DNA from: Vicugna vicugna
Lineage: Eukaryota
DNA: 64,000 nt
NCBI GenBank assembly: GCA_013265495.1
Contig: MU058781.1
Coordinates: 2,024,158 to 2,088,157 of the forward strand
Reading direction: 5' to 3'
In this document: positions 26,121-38,372 of the stretch, in pieces
Numbering within the stretch: position 1 is the first letter of the stretch
How the letters are laid out: the number at the start of each line of letters is the position of its first letter
Notes under the pieces: model-generated
The model's database searches: none
What the model was told of the DNA's origin: nothing
What the model saw: only the letters and a program-made list of their open reading frames with translations
Translations under genes and position numbers: made by a program

Positions 26121-29100
26121 AAAACCACATCTGTGCATGCATGAGTGTGCCTGTACACATGTGCACACACACAGGCACACACACACACCCACGTGCATGC
26201 ACACTGCCTTTGCAAGGCTCTCATTCTCTGGACTCCTGGACAGAGCAGTTCTGTGGAGGGAGCCCTGACCCTACTGACTCTGCTCACTCCCAGCTCCTGC
26301 TGCAGCTGACCCTCCAGGCAGGGATGCTGGGAATGCCTGCCCTCCTGGCCCCCTACGCTCTCCCACCTACCCAAATCAGGGGCTCTAGCTCCAGAGGCTG
26401 GAGAACTCCCTAAGCATTTCACGGTGATCTACATTCTACTTGCCATAAAGGTCTGGGACGGGTGTGTGCGATCCCATTTTTATAACTGGAAGTCTGGATT
26501 CCGTAACTGGATGAGTGGAATAAACCAGTCCCTTCACTCTGCTCCCCTCACTGCTCCCCACCCCCAACGAGGCAGGGGCTGAGGGGAGTAGTTCTTGCCC
26601 AGAGGGTCATAAATCCTCACACTCCCTCTTCCTGATGGAAGGTCTCCAAGATGCCTCCCTTGGACAAGAATGTGACCGAGAGGACAGAAAGGCAGTATTT
26701 CAGAGCTTCTGTAGGGCTGCCTGCAGCCGTCTGACTGGTCTGTCCTGAGTGATAGGGGGTTTCTTAAGCAGAAGTCAGGGGTCCAGAGGGCAGCCTGGAG
26801 TCCCTCTGAGGGTGAGCAGAGTTGCGGGTGAGGAGGCGGGGCGAGGACATGACACTTTTCAGTACATCGATGTAAAGCAAGAATTCCACAGAATAGAATT
26901 ACACTCTATTAGTGTGGAGTGGGTTAGGCCGTACTCAGAAAACTTGCTTCTTCCTGGATCTTGATAGTAGATCACATGATTTCAAAAAGCAATGGCTGTT
27001 TTTGGAGGCTGTGTGTGTGCTGTGTGTGCCATCAGCAAGCCCTCCTTCCATGGGTCACTCTGGAGACCCCCCAGAAGACTGTACTTCAAAGCCTCTCCCA
27101 GATGCCATGCAGTCAGAAAATTCTTTGAGCACCTACTCTGTGCCAAGCAATGTTCTACATAACTGAATTAGTTTCCACCACCCGGGGGGTCACAGCCTGA
27201 CAGGAAGCAAGAGAAGATAAACGCAGACGGTGCAGAGCGCGGTGGCCGAGCCAGGGGGTGGTGATAGCTCCAATTTAGATGAATAGGATGATTGCAACAC
27301 TGATGTGAAAGCTAATTACAGAAAAAAATTCCTCTCTCCTGGAGTAGAAACAATTTCCTGTAACTATTTTATTGAGAAATCTAATCTCATGGGTTTTGTT
27401 TCTTTGGTCCCTTTCCTGACTAATTTATTTTTCTGGGTGGTGTGTATGTGCGTGTGTTCAACTGTCATTGAATCTGTCACACACGGGGCCTGCTCAGGAG
27501 AAACTTGGTATAACCCAAGCCCCATGTCACTTTTGCTTTCCTCCCAAACCCTTTCAGTGTCTCCAGACCCATACACACACCACACACACATCACACCTCT
27601 TTGTGCTTGGGAGGTCCTAAAATACAATGACCCAGGCTTACGAGGTGCCTTGCGGTCTTCCATCCCATAACACAACCACCACGGGGAGAAGGGACACTGG
27701 GTGGCTGTTTCTCCCCCCAGTACGTTTATGTCTAAAAGCAGCCTAGTAGGGGCACTCTGGGATCTGCCCACATTTCTATTCATCTATTCATTCTATCCTA
27801 TCAACATCAAAATTGACTAGAAACATAATAATCCTTATGACTCACTTGGAAAGTACATAGGAAGTCAGGGTTTTTTCTTTTTTAAATTATCTTTTTCTAA
27901 AGGTTAAATTTACGGCAGGAAGGAGCAGAGCATGCTTCCACTGGGCCCCGATGGGATACGTGGTATGTGTACCCTTCCCTCCCACAGCTCCCAGTGTATC
28001 CATGGTCCACCTCTCTACTACCTGGGAGTCAATTCAGAGGCGATTCCAGATGCCCTCCTCACCCAGCCCCCTGGCTCCTGCCCTGACTCTAAGCTGTCAT
28101 GCTTCTCAGGCTCTTCTCCCACTGCCTGGCCTCCTGCACTCCAGCTATTTCCCCTCCTGAAAATGCTTTGGGCCTCCCAGTCTCCTGGCTTGACTCACCT
28201 TTGTCCCCTCATCTGAAGGAGTAACTCCCTTCTGTCATCCCTCCACCCGCTGCACTGAGTCCTACCCCTTCCTGAAAGCACTGCTGGAATTCCATCTTAT
28301 TCACAATCACCTGAGCCAGGACTGCTCACTTCTCGGCTTGGAGAGGACTCACTGTCCTCAAGGGGTGCCAATCTCATTCATTTATTTGACAAATATTTGC
28401 TGAACAGCTAGTATGCACTAAATAAACACAGCGCTCCGTGTGGGAGATACAGCCATCACCCAAACAAACAGAGCGAAACACAAAGCTTCCCATCCTGTCG
28501 TTGGTCCACAGACTGCTTGTAGGTTCTTTGTAGGAAAAGCCTGGGTTTAACAGTTCTTTGCATCCCCAGAAGATAGGAAGAATGTAGTTCAAAGTACTGA
28601 ACTAATTAACTAATGAATTCTTTTTCTTCCTATCTTCCTCCCTTCCTTCCTTGCAATGCCAGACAGAGTTTGAGTCAACACTATAAATGAGCCTTATGAA
28701 TAATCAAAGCTGAATGTGGAAAGAAGAATCCATTTCATTCCTATTAAAAACATCACGTGATTATTTTCTGTATCAAATGTAGAATTTGGGTTTTATCAAA
28801 CACATCTCAGAGAAACACCCCAGCCCCCAAACCAGACAGAAGTTGTAAACATCTCCTCTTCCTGCTCAGAGACTGTGGAATTTCAGAGCCTGACCTGTGA
28901 AATACCAGTTCTCTTCTCCCTCCCGTAGGATGGAAGCTAAGCCCCAAGGGTATTTGTGTGTTTAGACCCTCTGGGTGATGCCCAGTGCAGGACTGGGAGT
29001 TAGCTCAGCCCACAAACCACTAGCAGTGGGTTTGAAAAAAGACAGACAGGACTCAGAGGAAAGGAACACAATTGCTCAGTGGCCCAGAATCTGGATCCTA

Positions 29101-30039
29101 GAAGCCAAATTATGGTTAGACACATTGCTTCATTATTGACCTTGTTCTTTGAAACATATATTCTCATGTGTGCACTGTGTCTTTTTCTAACCAGTTCCTC
29201 CTTCCCACCAACACAGTTTACACTAAAAGATGGCAAACGGCACGTACACTGGCATTTTTCTACAGCTTAAGACCCAGTCAAGACTCTTGATGCCTTAAAA
29301 GAAAAATAAACGACATCAGCTATTTCCTTCCTGACAACTACACTAAAGAACACTGAAGTTTCATTAAAAAAAATACACTGATGGTTACATAATCAATGAG
29401 ATCTATATTGTCACCATATTTTGTTTATTACAGACTCAGTTAAAATTTTCCGCCCCCATATAATCTTCCTTCAGCCTTGTGGTTGGACACTCTGGGGAAC
29501 TTGCACACTTACCTAAAGGTTGCCTCTGCATTTTAAGGTGTCTGGGCATGAGGAGTTCTATGCTGAGGTGAAGGAGGCTACATGGCATAGGCTTCCTGTC
29601 CTAAATTAGCACTAGATCATAGGCTTCTGGGGGGCCCCATGACATCCGGTGACCAGAGTGGTGAAGCAATAGCAGCCCACGAATCACATGATGGCTGGGG
29701 AGGCAACTGAACAACCCTCCCGTCTGGCTGAGATCGTTAACGCCCAGGCGGAGGAAGAGCTGTGTCACCCTTCTGTGGCCCTGAGCTGGGCAAACCTATG
29801 GGTTTCTGGGGAAAACTCTGTTTGTAGGGCTAAATAGTAAAAGACTGTCTTGGATAGGTCGATACATATACTGTGTGATGAACCATTATTAGAGCCCTGC
29901 TAACTGACCATAGGTTTGATTGACTAAAGAGCGGTCCTGTGGTATACGGCGATCAAGTCCATGGGCACTGGGGGCAGGCCAGAAGAACCTGTCAGTCAGT
30001 TCGTCTGCACCAGGCATTCCTCTCTCCTCTTAGTATCAG

Positions 30040-30396
30040 CAAAAGCTAAACGTCTGTGTGCCTCCAAATTTATAGGTTGAATCCCTAATCCCTAAGGTGA
30101 TAGTACTTGGAGCCGGGGCCTTAAGAGGTAGTTTGGTTTAGATGAGGTCACGGTGGGGGGGGGGCCATGATGGGATCAGTGCCCTTATAAGAAGAAGAGA
30201 CTATTTCTGCATCATGTGAAGACACAGTGAGAAGGCAGCCACCTGCAAGCTGGGAAGAGAGCCCCATTAGACGCCAAACCCACCAGCGACTTCATCTTGG
30301 ACTTCCCAGCCTCCAGAACAGTGAAAAGTGTCTACTGTTTAAGCTGCACAGTCTGGGGTATTTTGTGACAGCAGCCCCTGCTGATGGAGGAAGACA
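30040..30396 (+). mobile_element. MLT1A/A0 MaLR solo LTR
   Basis: 'gtgtgcctccaaatt...ttagatgaggtca...gcccttataagaaga...ttggacttcccagcctccagaac'. Confidence 0.9.
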
Positions 30397-31187
30397 AGCC
30401 ACCTATACTTGTAGAAAGGAAATCTGCTTACGCTCAACTCTTCAAACACCCTACCCTCTTTTCTCTTTATTCACTTAATAATTGTAGTATTTAATTAGCA
30501 TCTTTTTACATACTCTCCTTTTATCTTTTCATCTGTCCCAGTCTCCCTTTCCACCTCACTGACTATCTTTTCTGCTTTTACATCATTATCTGGATAAATC
30601 CCACTGCACTGTATGTCAAGACTCAGCTCAAGTGTCCCCTCCTACCTGAAGCCTTCCCTGCCTGCCTCTCCTTCACCCCCAGCCTGGATTCAGGGCTGAT
30701 TCTACACACTCCCATTAGCACCCCACGGTGGCTTCTACCAAAACCTCTGTTCCTCTGTGGTTTGCTTTATGCTGTCCTTCACTAGACTGAGTTTCTCACT
30801 GAAGGCAAGAGTATGTGCCAAGCCCCAGGAGTAGAACCCAGAGCAGCAGGCACAGAGGATGCTTGTTGGGGGAAAGACGCTCTTCAGCAAAACACGTGGA
30901 GCAGAGATGTAAGTCGTTGACCCAAAGTAGTGTCAGCGTGCAGGGAAGGAGTGAGGGGAGATGTGCCGGGCACGGACTAGGCAGCAGCCTGGAGCGTAGT
31001 ATGAGCTTTCAGGTCAGAATGCGGCCTCAAGTGTTGCCGGAGTTGTTGAGACGAGAGCAGTGAGGTGACAGAGGAGTCTGTAATGGAACTGGGTTGTAGA
31101 CGCTCAGCATGCGGTATCTCAGGAAGTGATAAAGTTCAAAACGGAGGGTCAGAGACTGTAGAATTTTTACCCATTTGAACAGCAATT

Positions 31188-31851
31188 CTTTATGGGTTAA
31201 ATTGTGTCCCCTCAAAAGATGTTAGAGTCCTAACCCCTAGCACCTGCAAATGTGACCTTATTTGGAAATAGGATCTTTGCAGATGAGAAGTTGCAGATGA
31301 GGTCATTAGCTTGGGTCCTAATCCAGTATGACTGGTGTCCTTATAAAAAGGGGATATTTGGACACAGAGACACATACACATAAAGGAAGATGATGTGAAG
31401 ACACCGGGAGAATGCCAAGGAACTATATAAGACAGATAAATAACAAGTTTATACTGTATAGCACAGGGAACTATATTCAATATCTTGTAGTAACTTAGAG
31501 TGAAAAAGAATAGAAAAGCGAATATATGTATGTATATGTATGACTGAACTATTATGCTGTACACCAGAAATTGACACAACATTGGTAAACTGACTATAGT
31601 TCAATTAAAAAAATTCAGTTATTGAGTAGCAGAATGAATAACAAAATCAACAATATCAACAACAACAACAGAAAAAAAAAAAAAAAAAAAAAAACAGAGC
31701 AGAGTCTCCCTCCCCGTCTCTGGAAGGAACTGACCCTGCAGAGACCTTGATCTCGGCTTCTAGACTCCAAAACTGTGAGAAAATAAACTTCTGCTGTTTA
31801 AGCTGCCCCGTTGGTGGCATTTTGTTAACGACAGTCCTAGGAAGCTAGCAT
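31188..31851 (+). mobile_element. MLT1B/C MaLR solo LTR interrupted by an L1 3' end
   Basis: 'ttatgggttaaattgtgtcccctcaaaagat...gtgaccttatttggaaatagg' through 'aactgtgagaaaataaacttctgctgtttaagc'. Confidence 0.9.
31421..31694 (+). mobile_element. 5'-truncated camelid/artiodactyl L1 3' end with an extra 3' segment and second poly(A)
   Basis: 'ctgtatagcacagggaactatattcaatatcttg...tgactatagttcaattaaaaaaa', then 58 nt of other sequence, then A23. Confidence 0.9.
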
Positions 31852-34509
31852 AGACTTCTCCACTAGACTCTGAATTACCCGCAGATAGGGACTTGGGGTT
31901 ATTTATCCCAGAATCTCTAGCATCTGGCATATTCTCTATACACATTTGCAGAAATCTGAAGATTAATTCACCATGATAGGGGCCTGAAGTGCCCTCTAAG
32001 GCAAGCTTTCCTCAGACTTTAGGTTGGAGGACTCCAGCAAGGCTCCAAGATCTAAGAAGGCCATTCGTGTTTCAAACCATCTGCTAACAAGGATGAGTGA
32101 GAACATGGTGTCCCCGCCCTGTGTCCTGCCCCCAGTTCCTACCCTGGAGTTTAGCTACCCCACAATTGCATAGGGAACTCTTGTTTCTTATTATTTAAAG
32201 GTTAACTTGAAATTCATTTCTGATGAGAAAAGTAAGAAAACTCTGGAAAGCTGTGCTTGGGTAAATGTTTTACCTTAGGTTAGTTTCCAATTCCAGACAC
32301 TTTGAAAACTATAAAACCGGAGTGATGGATTTATGTGGTTCCCTGACCAATACAGATATTTGTAATAATAATAATGGTAGGGCAAAAGATAGCACAGCCT
32401 CAGAATTTTTTCCCTTTACTCAGCTGAAAATTAAACCAGACAGGCAATTACCAAGGTTTTGCCATAATATAGAATATGTGCACACCACATTTATGGCGTA
32501 TTTCATATTACATGGTTGTTATTCTGCATTTTCATCCAATCATCTTATTAGTTCTGGTATTTTTATGTGGTGAATGACTACGAGCTGAAAGTCAAGTGAG
32601 AAAGGCACTGGTGGAGAAATGAAACCTAGACTCAATAAAAAAGGGCCCATTTAAAACTGTGACCACCATTACAATGGACCGCAACTGGGGGTGTTGACAA
32701 TGAACTCTCGAAGACTGGGAAAATACCACGGTACTAAGGTAAGAAGTACCATCTCTAATACCATTTTTACCGCTCTAATTCCATAATTCATTCTGCTATT
32801 AAACACAATTATACCTCATTCCTCTTTCTCAAGCATCATGGTTAGATATTTGGTGAGGGCTTTTGTAATGTTCTATGGATTTAACTAAAAAAAACCCAAA
32901 AAACAAAAGAGGAGAGTACCATGTTAAGATAGAATTAACAATGTCTCTAAATGTACTTTTTTAGACCCTAGACAATGCCATTATATATTCTGTCATGTTA
33001 TTAGAAGAAAATGAAACTGCTCTATTAAATTCTAAAAATAAACTTGGATCCATTTTTATAGCTCATTCAACTCATTTTCTAAGCTATGAGTCATCTGTTG
33101 CTTTTGGTGTTTGAGGTCATTTGCTTGAAGCTAAATTGAATCCTATTTTGGGTACATAAGCAAACAAATGGTGTATCATAGTAAATCAGCCTGCTATTCA
33201 GATTAAAAATTTTTTTCCTAACAGCGTTTGGCCTATCTTTTCTTTTGCTTTCTTTCCTCTTTCTAAATTCCCGAACTTCCTGTCTTTTTGTCTGGAGTTA
33301 AAGTTCTGTTTCCTTTTAATTCTTTCTCAGTTGCTCTAACTTTCCCCTTTTTTCTTCTGGAGTTATTGGAAACCATCACCACTGAAAAGTCCAGAGGTTT
33401 CCACCCTGAGAATAAATGCCGCTCAGCCAAACAGGTCTGAGGATAAAATTCAACTTCTTCATCATATTCTAAAAAGTGGGATTGGTAGAGAGAAACTCTG
33501 TATTTTTCCCCCATGTGGGAGAAAGTGGTCATGTGAAGTATATTAACACTGAAGGATCTAGATACCACTTATTGGCACTATAGCATATGTAAGTTATCAT
33601 CTATTATAATTACATATTGGACCACATATAATGACATTGAGAACCAAAAATCAGCATGCGTATGTTATGAGCGATTATATTCTGACCCAGCAGAGAGTAG
33701 TAAATGACAAAGCAATCTGTTGAAATATGTAACTTCTATAATCACAAGGTAGAGTGAGCTACTTAAACTCAGGACATGGGGCCACTTATTTCTGCTCTGT
33801 GGCTTAATGTCTAGCTCACAATGAGACTTCAAAGGTTGAACCAAATCAAACTAAAGGAGTAAACCCTTGATCAAAATCAAATCTGTAGCTATCTGTTGGA
33901 AGAGACGTTTCCCTCCTGCTTCCCTTGAACTTTGGGGGAATTCCTTGCGACTTCTGAGTAACTTGATCCAGAGCCCAGGCACTGGATTCTGGTCTTTCAT
34001 TTTCTTATCATTTACTGTAAACTTTGAGGAAATGACTGATCCTGTGTTGCCTTAGCAAACAGAGCTTGTACATGCACTGTATAATGGGGAATTAATAAAA
34101 CCACCTCAGCTCACAGTGGCTGCGATGATCACAACAGCTCATGTGGTCAACCAGGATGGGAAATGGAAATGCATTCTTAGGCATAAATGTATGGCTTGAG
34201 GCCATTATCTGGATTTCTCAACCGTCTTCTCTGTGGTGCAATGCACTGTGTTCAGATTCCACTCCCTGACTCCTTGATCCTCAAGGCATGGCCAGGGCGT
34301 TGTACTCCAGGTCAGTTAGGAGTTCCTGGCTGTGCTTGGGCACCCAGGTAGTCATATGAGAGGCAGTGGAATTCAAACAGGTGTTATAATAGGATGTCCG
34401 GTTCTTTGCAGAGTCAGAATCAAAGTATCCCCACGTCATGATCCTGTTTAAACACTGCTCCATGTGGGCTATTCAGATACTCTTAGGTGATAACAGGACC
34501 ACTGATAGT

Positions 34510-34740
34510 CCAGTTGGATGAAGAGAACATGGAATTTAGAGGCAGCCAGATGTGGCTGAATTCTGGCTCCAACATTTACTATGTGATCTTGAGTACACTA
34601 CTTAAACTTTTTGAGCATTAGTTTCCTTATCTAAAAGTTAGAAATTATACCTATTGTGTGAGTTGTTATTTCAGATTAAATGGGATTATATCAAAAAAAG
34701 TTCTTATTACAATTCATGGCATATAGCAAATACCAAACAA
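34510..34740 (+). mobile_element. MIR SINE
   Basis: 'gaattctggctcc...atgtgatcttgagta...agtttccttatctaaaa'. Confidence 0.75.
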
Positions 34741-36108
34741 AAAGTAACCCTTCTTCCTCTCACCTTTCCTTTTCCTATTTTTCTTGTAATTTTTATTCTG
34801 TCTCTATGACTGGAGAAAATAGCATGGAAGGCTGCACCCATCCTGCACAGAACCAGGTGTGATTCAGGATGCTGGACCTCCTGCTGGCCTCCTGTGTTTT
34901 TGTGTGTGTTTGTGCATGTGTGTGTATGCGTGCATATGTGGGTGCACGTGTAAGAGCAGGGAAGGGGTTTGGGTGGCAGGCAAAGGCGATAAGAGTTTTT
35001 TAAGGCAATGATGTTATTTCATACAGCCCAGTGCCTGAATTCCTTATTCCTTTCCTTCAACCTCCTCAAACCCCCGACAGCTAACACTCCTTGAGCCAGA
35101 GCTGATGATATGCTGTTTTGACATGACTGTAACCCTGCAGTCTCTCCAATCCCCATGCCCTAGGAGGGTGTGTGGAAAGAGAGAGACAGCATCTTTCTAA
35201 CGGATGGTTCTGCACCCTCACGAAGACCACTCTCAAGCTCACGGGCTTCAGAGGGTTGCTGGCTTCTGGTCATGCTTCACTCTGCTCCAGCCCCCTTCTG
35301 GGGGAAGTAGGACCACATTATTAAATGCTTAAGTGCACGTAGCCTGAGCTGCACATGGGCTGTTAAAGGCTGAGCGCCTGGCTGAAACCACAAACACAGC
35401 TGCCTCTTTTTCATGTTTGCAGAGCAGCTACTGCTCATTGTCAAACCAGTCCTACGGCCTGCAGAGGACAGGGGTGAATATTCCAGAGCGAGATTCCACC
35501 AAACTGGAATGCAGTAGGGGAGCAGGGTTGAGGGCACTGAGCCAACCCTTCCAGGCAGGAATCTGAGAGCCCGTTCTTCCTGTGTCCAGGCTCTTCTTCT
35601 CTGAGGACAGATGGGGGACATGAAGTCTCTCTTCTGGCTGTGATGAGGCAACCAGGTGATAGAAAAAAAAGCCAGAGACACTGGGGAGGGGGAGACAGGA
35701 GTTGCTTGGTTGTGACCCACGTGGTACAAGGCCTTTCACTTGGCTGCTTCATTATTCCAAACACTGGGACAAAGAATGGTCAAGAGGAACACGGTAGGAA
35801 TTAATGATACAGAACTTGACAGACAAGAAAAACAGTGTCTGGGGCAAACCAACTCTGCAACTAGAACCCCAAACTTAAGGTGTGAGAAAGAGGTGGATAA
35901 ACACAAAGCTAGAGAAAGAAAGCACTCATCCATTTGTCTATTTATTTAGTTAAGGTTATTTACTAAATACCCATCATGTGCAAGACATCAAGGCATAAAC
36001 TGAGGTTATAAGAGCAAAAAAGTCAGATCTAGACCCTGCCCTCATGCTTGTAGAATCTGGCGTGGGGTCTTAACAGCCTAGATAAGTGAACATCCATTTA
36101 TACAATAA

Positions 36109-36665
36109 TGTTTCTGTTACCAGTGCTATGTAACAAACTATCTCAAAATCTAACAGCTTAAACCAACCAGTTTATTATGCTCATGGCTCTGCAGCTCAGG
36201 AATCTGAATAGGGTAGAGGATTCCATGATGTCTGGGCCTCAGCTGAGAAGACTCAATGGTTGAGGGTGACAACAGCCAGGTGCTGGAATTGTCTGAAGAT
36301 GTCTTCACTCACGTGGCTGGCAGTTCTTGCTTAGCTGTCACCTGGGACCTACTGCCTGGAACACTTATATTATCTCCACCGTGACGGTCTTAGGGAAGAT
36401 TTCTCACATGGCCACTAGCCTCCCCCAGAGCAAGAGTCTCAACAAAACAGACAAAAGCTCAGGGCCTTCTCTGAACCAACCTTGGAAGTCATGGGTCATC
36501 ACTTCGACCACCTTCTACTGGTTACTAAGGCCAGCCTTGTTCCAGGGAAGGAGAATTAGACTCCTTCAACCTCTGCCCCCAACTTCTTGATGAAGGAGAA
36601 CCAGGTGAGAGCATGTGGGATAGGAGATACAGTGGTGGCCATCTTTAGAAAACAGTCTACCAAAA
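36109..36665 (-). mobile_element. MLT1F/G/H-like LTR
   Basis: 'gctatgtaacaaactatctcaaaa...ttcactcacgtggctggcagt...ggccatctttagaaa'. Confidence 0.8.
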
Positions 36666-36807
36666 ATACAGTGAAACAAGCACTACGGTCGGGGAAGAGA
36701 GGAGAACATACAAGGGGATCTAATCTTGACTGGTAGTGTTAACCAGTAATTTTTCAGAGGAAGTGCCTACTAAGCTGAAATCAAAGGTCAGCGGAAGTTA
36801 GCTGGAT

Positions 36808-37138
36808 TGTCTTAGTTCAGGCTGCTAAAACAAATTACCATAGGCTGGGTGGCTTAAACAACAAACACTTATTTCTCACAGTACTGGGGGCCAGAAGTCT
36901 CAGGTCAGGGCACCAGCGTGATCAGGCTCTGGTGAGGGTCTTCTTTCTGGTTTACAGACCTTCTCGTTGTACCCTCACATGGCAGAGAGAGGGGTCTTCT
37001 CTCTTCCCCATCTTACAGGAACGCTAATTCCATACCGAGGCTCTACCTTCATAACCTAATCACCTTCCAGAGGTCCCATCCATTGGGGGTTAGAGTTTAA
37101 ACATATGAATTTGGGGGCCAAACACGCAGTCCATAACA
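36808..37138 (-). mobile_element. MLT1A/A0 MaLR solo LTR
   Basis: TG...CA termini: 'tgtcttagttcaggctgct' through 'cagtccataaca'. Confidence 0.92.
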
Positions 37139-38372
37139 AAGACTATGTGTGAAACAGTATTTCAAGCAAATAAAACAACATGGGCAAAGGTCCAGAGTCT
37201 GACAGGAACCTAGGCCATATATGGAACTGAAATAATTTCCATACAGCTGTCATGTAGTGTGAGCGGTGCCTTGTCAGGGAGGTTGGGATGGGGTGATGGA
37301 GGGAAGTTAGCACGTGCATATATGTGTGTTTCTGAAGGATAAAAAATGGAGCTGGAGAAGTAAGCAGGGGCCAGATCATGAAGGTCCTAGGGAAACACAG
37401 AAGGGAGTTTGAACAATAGTTAACGGAAAGCAAAAAGAAATGTTGTCTATATGTAGAAAGGCCATTATAGGCAGCATAAAAATGAGAACAGAATTCAAGT
37501 GCAAGCAGCCCTTAATTTTCCAAAATCCAGACTCTGAAAAAAATAAGGATGCTTATCTTGCCCGTTTGGATGAGAGTGCATGGGGTTTGCCTCCTTTATT
37601 ATTATTTTAAAATTTTAAATGGGAAGTCCTCTTCACTATCCCAAAGAAGTATGCTTAAGACGCATGGACTCAGAAACTGCCCCTCCTCAACACAGCATCT
37701 TCATTTCATGTATAAGACTTTCCTGATTCCTATCAAAAGCAGTAGTGCACTGGAAATATCAGCCTAACCCCTAATGTTAAGCATCATTTATTATTCGTAT
37801 AATTTTTCACAAATGTGGAGAAAAATTTCTCTCCAAGAGAAAATTTAAATCCCCAGTCGCCAATTTCTTCCCCCCCCCGCCCAAAAAATCAAACTTTCCT
37901 CAGGAAGGGAAGACACTGAGTAGGAGAGGCCATCATTATAACACACTTTTCGACACTGCAGACTGCGTGGCAAATGATCTTTTATATGAAACCATACATT
38001 TCCTGCAGTGTGGTTCCCAAGTGTTTGCCTCCTTGGAACAATGAAGGGAAATTTCCTAACACAAGAAGGAGTATGACGTCAGCTCCACTTACATGTTGCT
38101 CTTCCTAGTCTTGGAAAACGTCCCATTATCCTTCATGCATTAGATGGATCTAAAATAAGCAAGTCTAGACAGTGGAAACCATATATAAGATCTATGGTTT
38201 GTTTCCCCATTATTTAGTACTGTGGAGTGTAAGTCACTCAATAATCTCCCTCTAATTGAAGGAAAATTGGGGCAGTACACAAGGGTATAAAACATATATG
38301 TCAGGTAATAAATCTTTGGTTATTTTCCTAGGTAATTACTAGCTACTTCAAGTCTTTTAAAGATGTAGGTGG

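Larger units (their letters stand above)
35925..37430 (-). mobile_element. LINE-2 3' region (antisense) hosting two MLT1 LTRs
   Basis: 'ttatttactaaatacccatcatgtgcaagac', 'gaccctgccctcatg', 'gctggagaagtaagcaggggccagatcatgaagg'. Confidence 0.75.
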
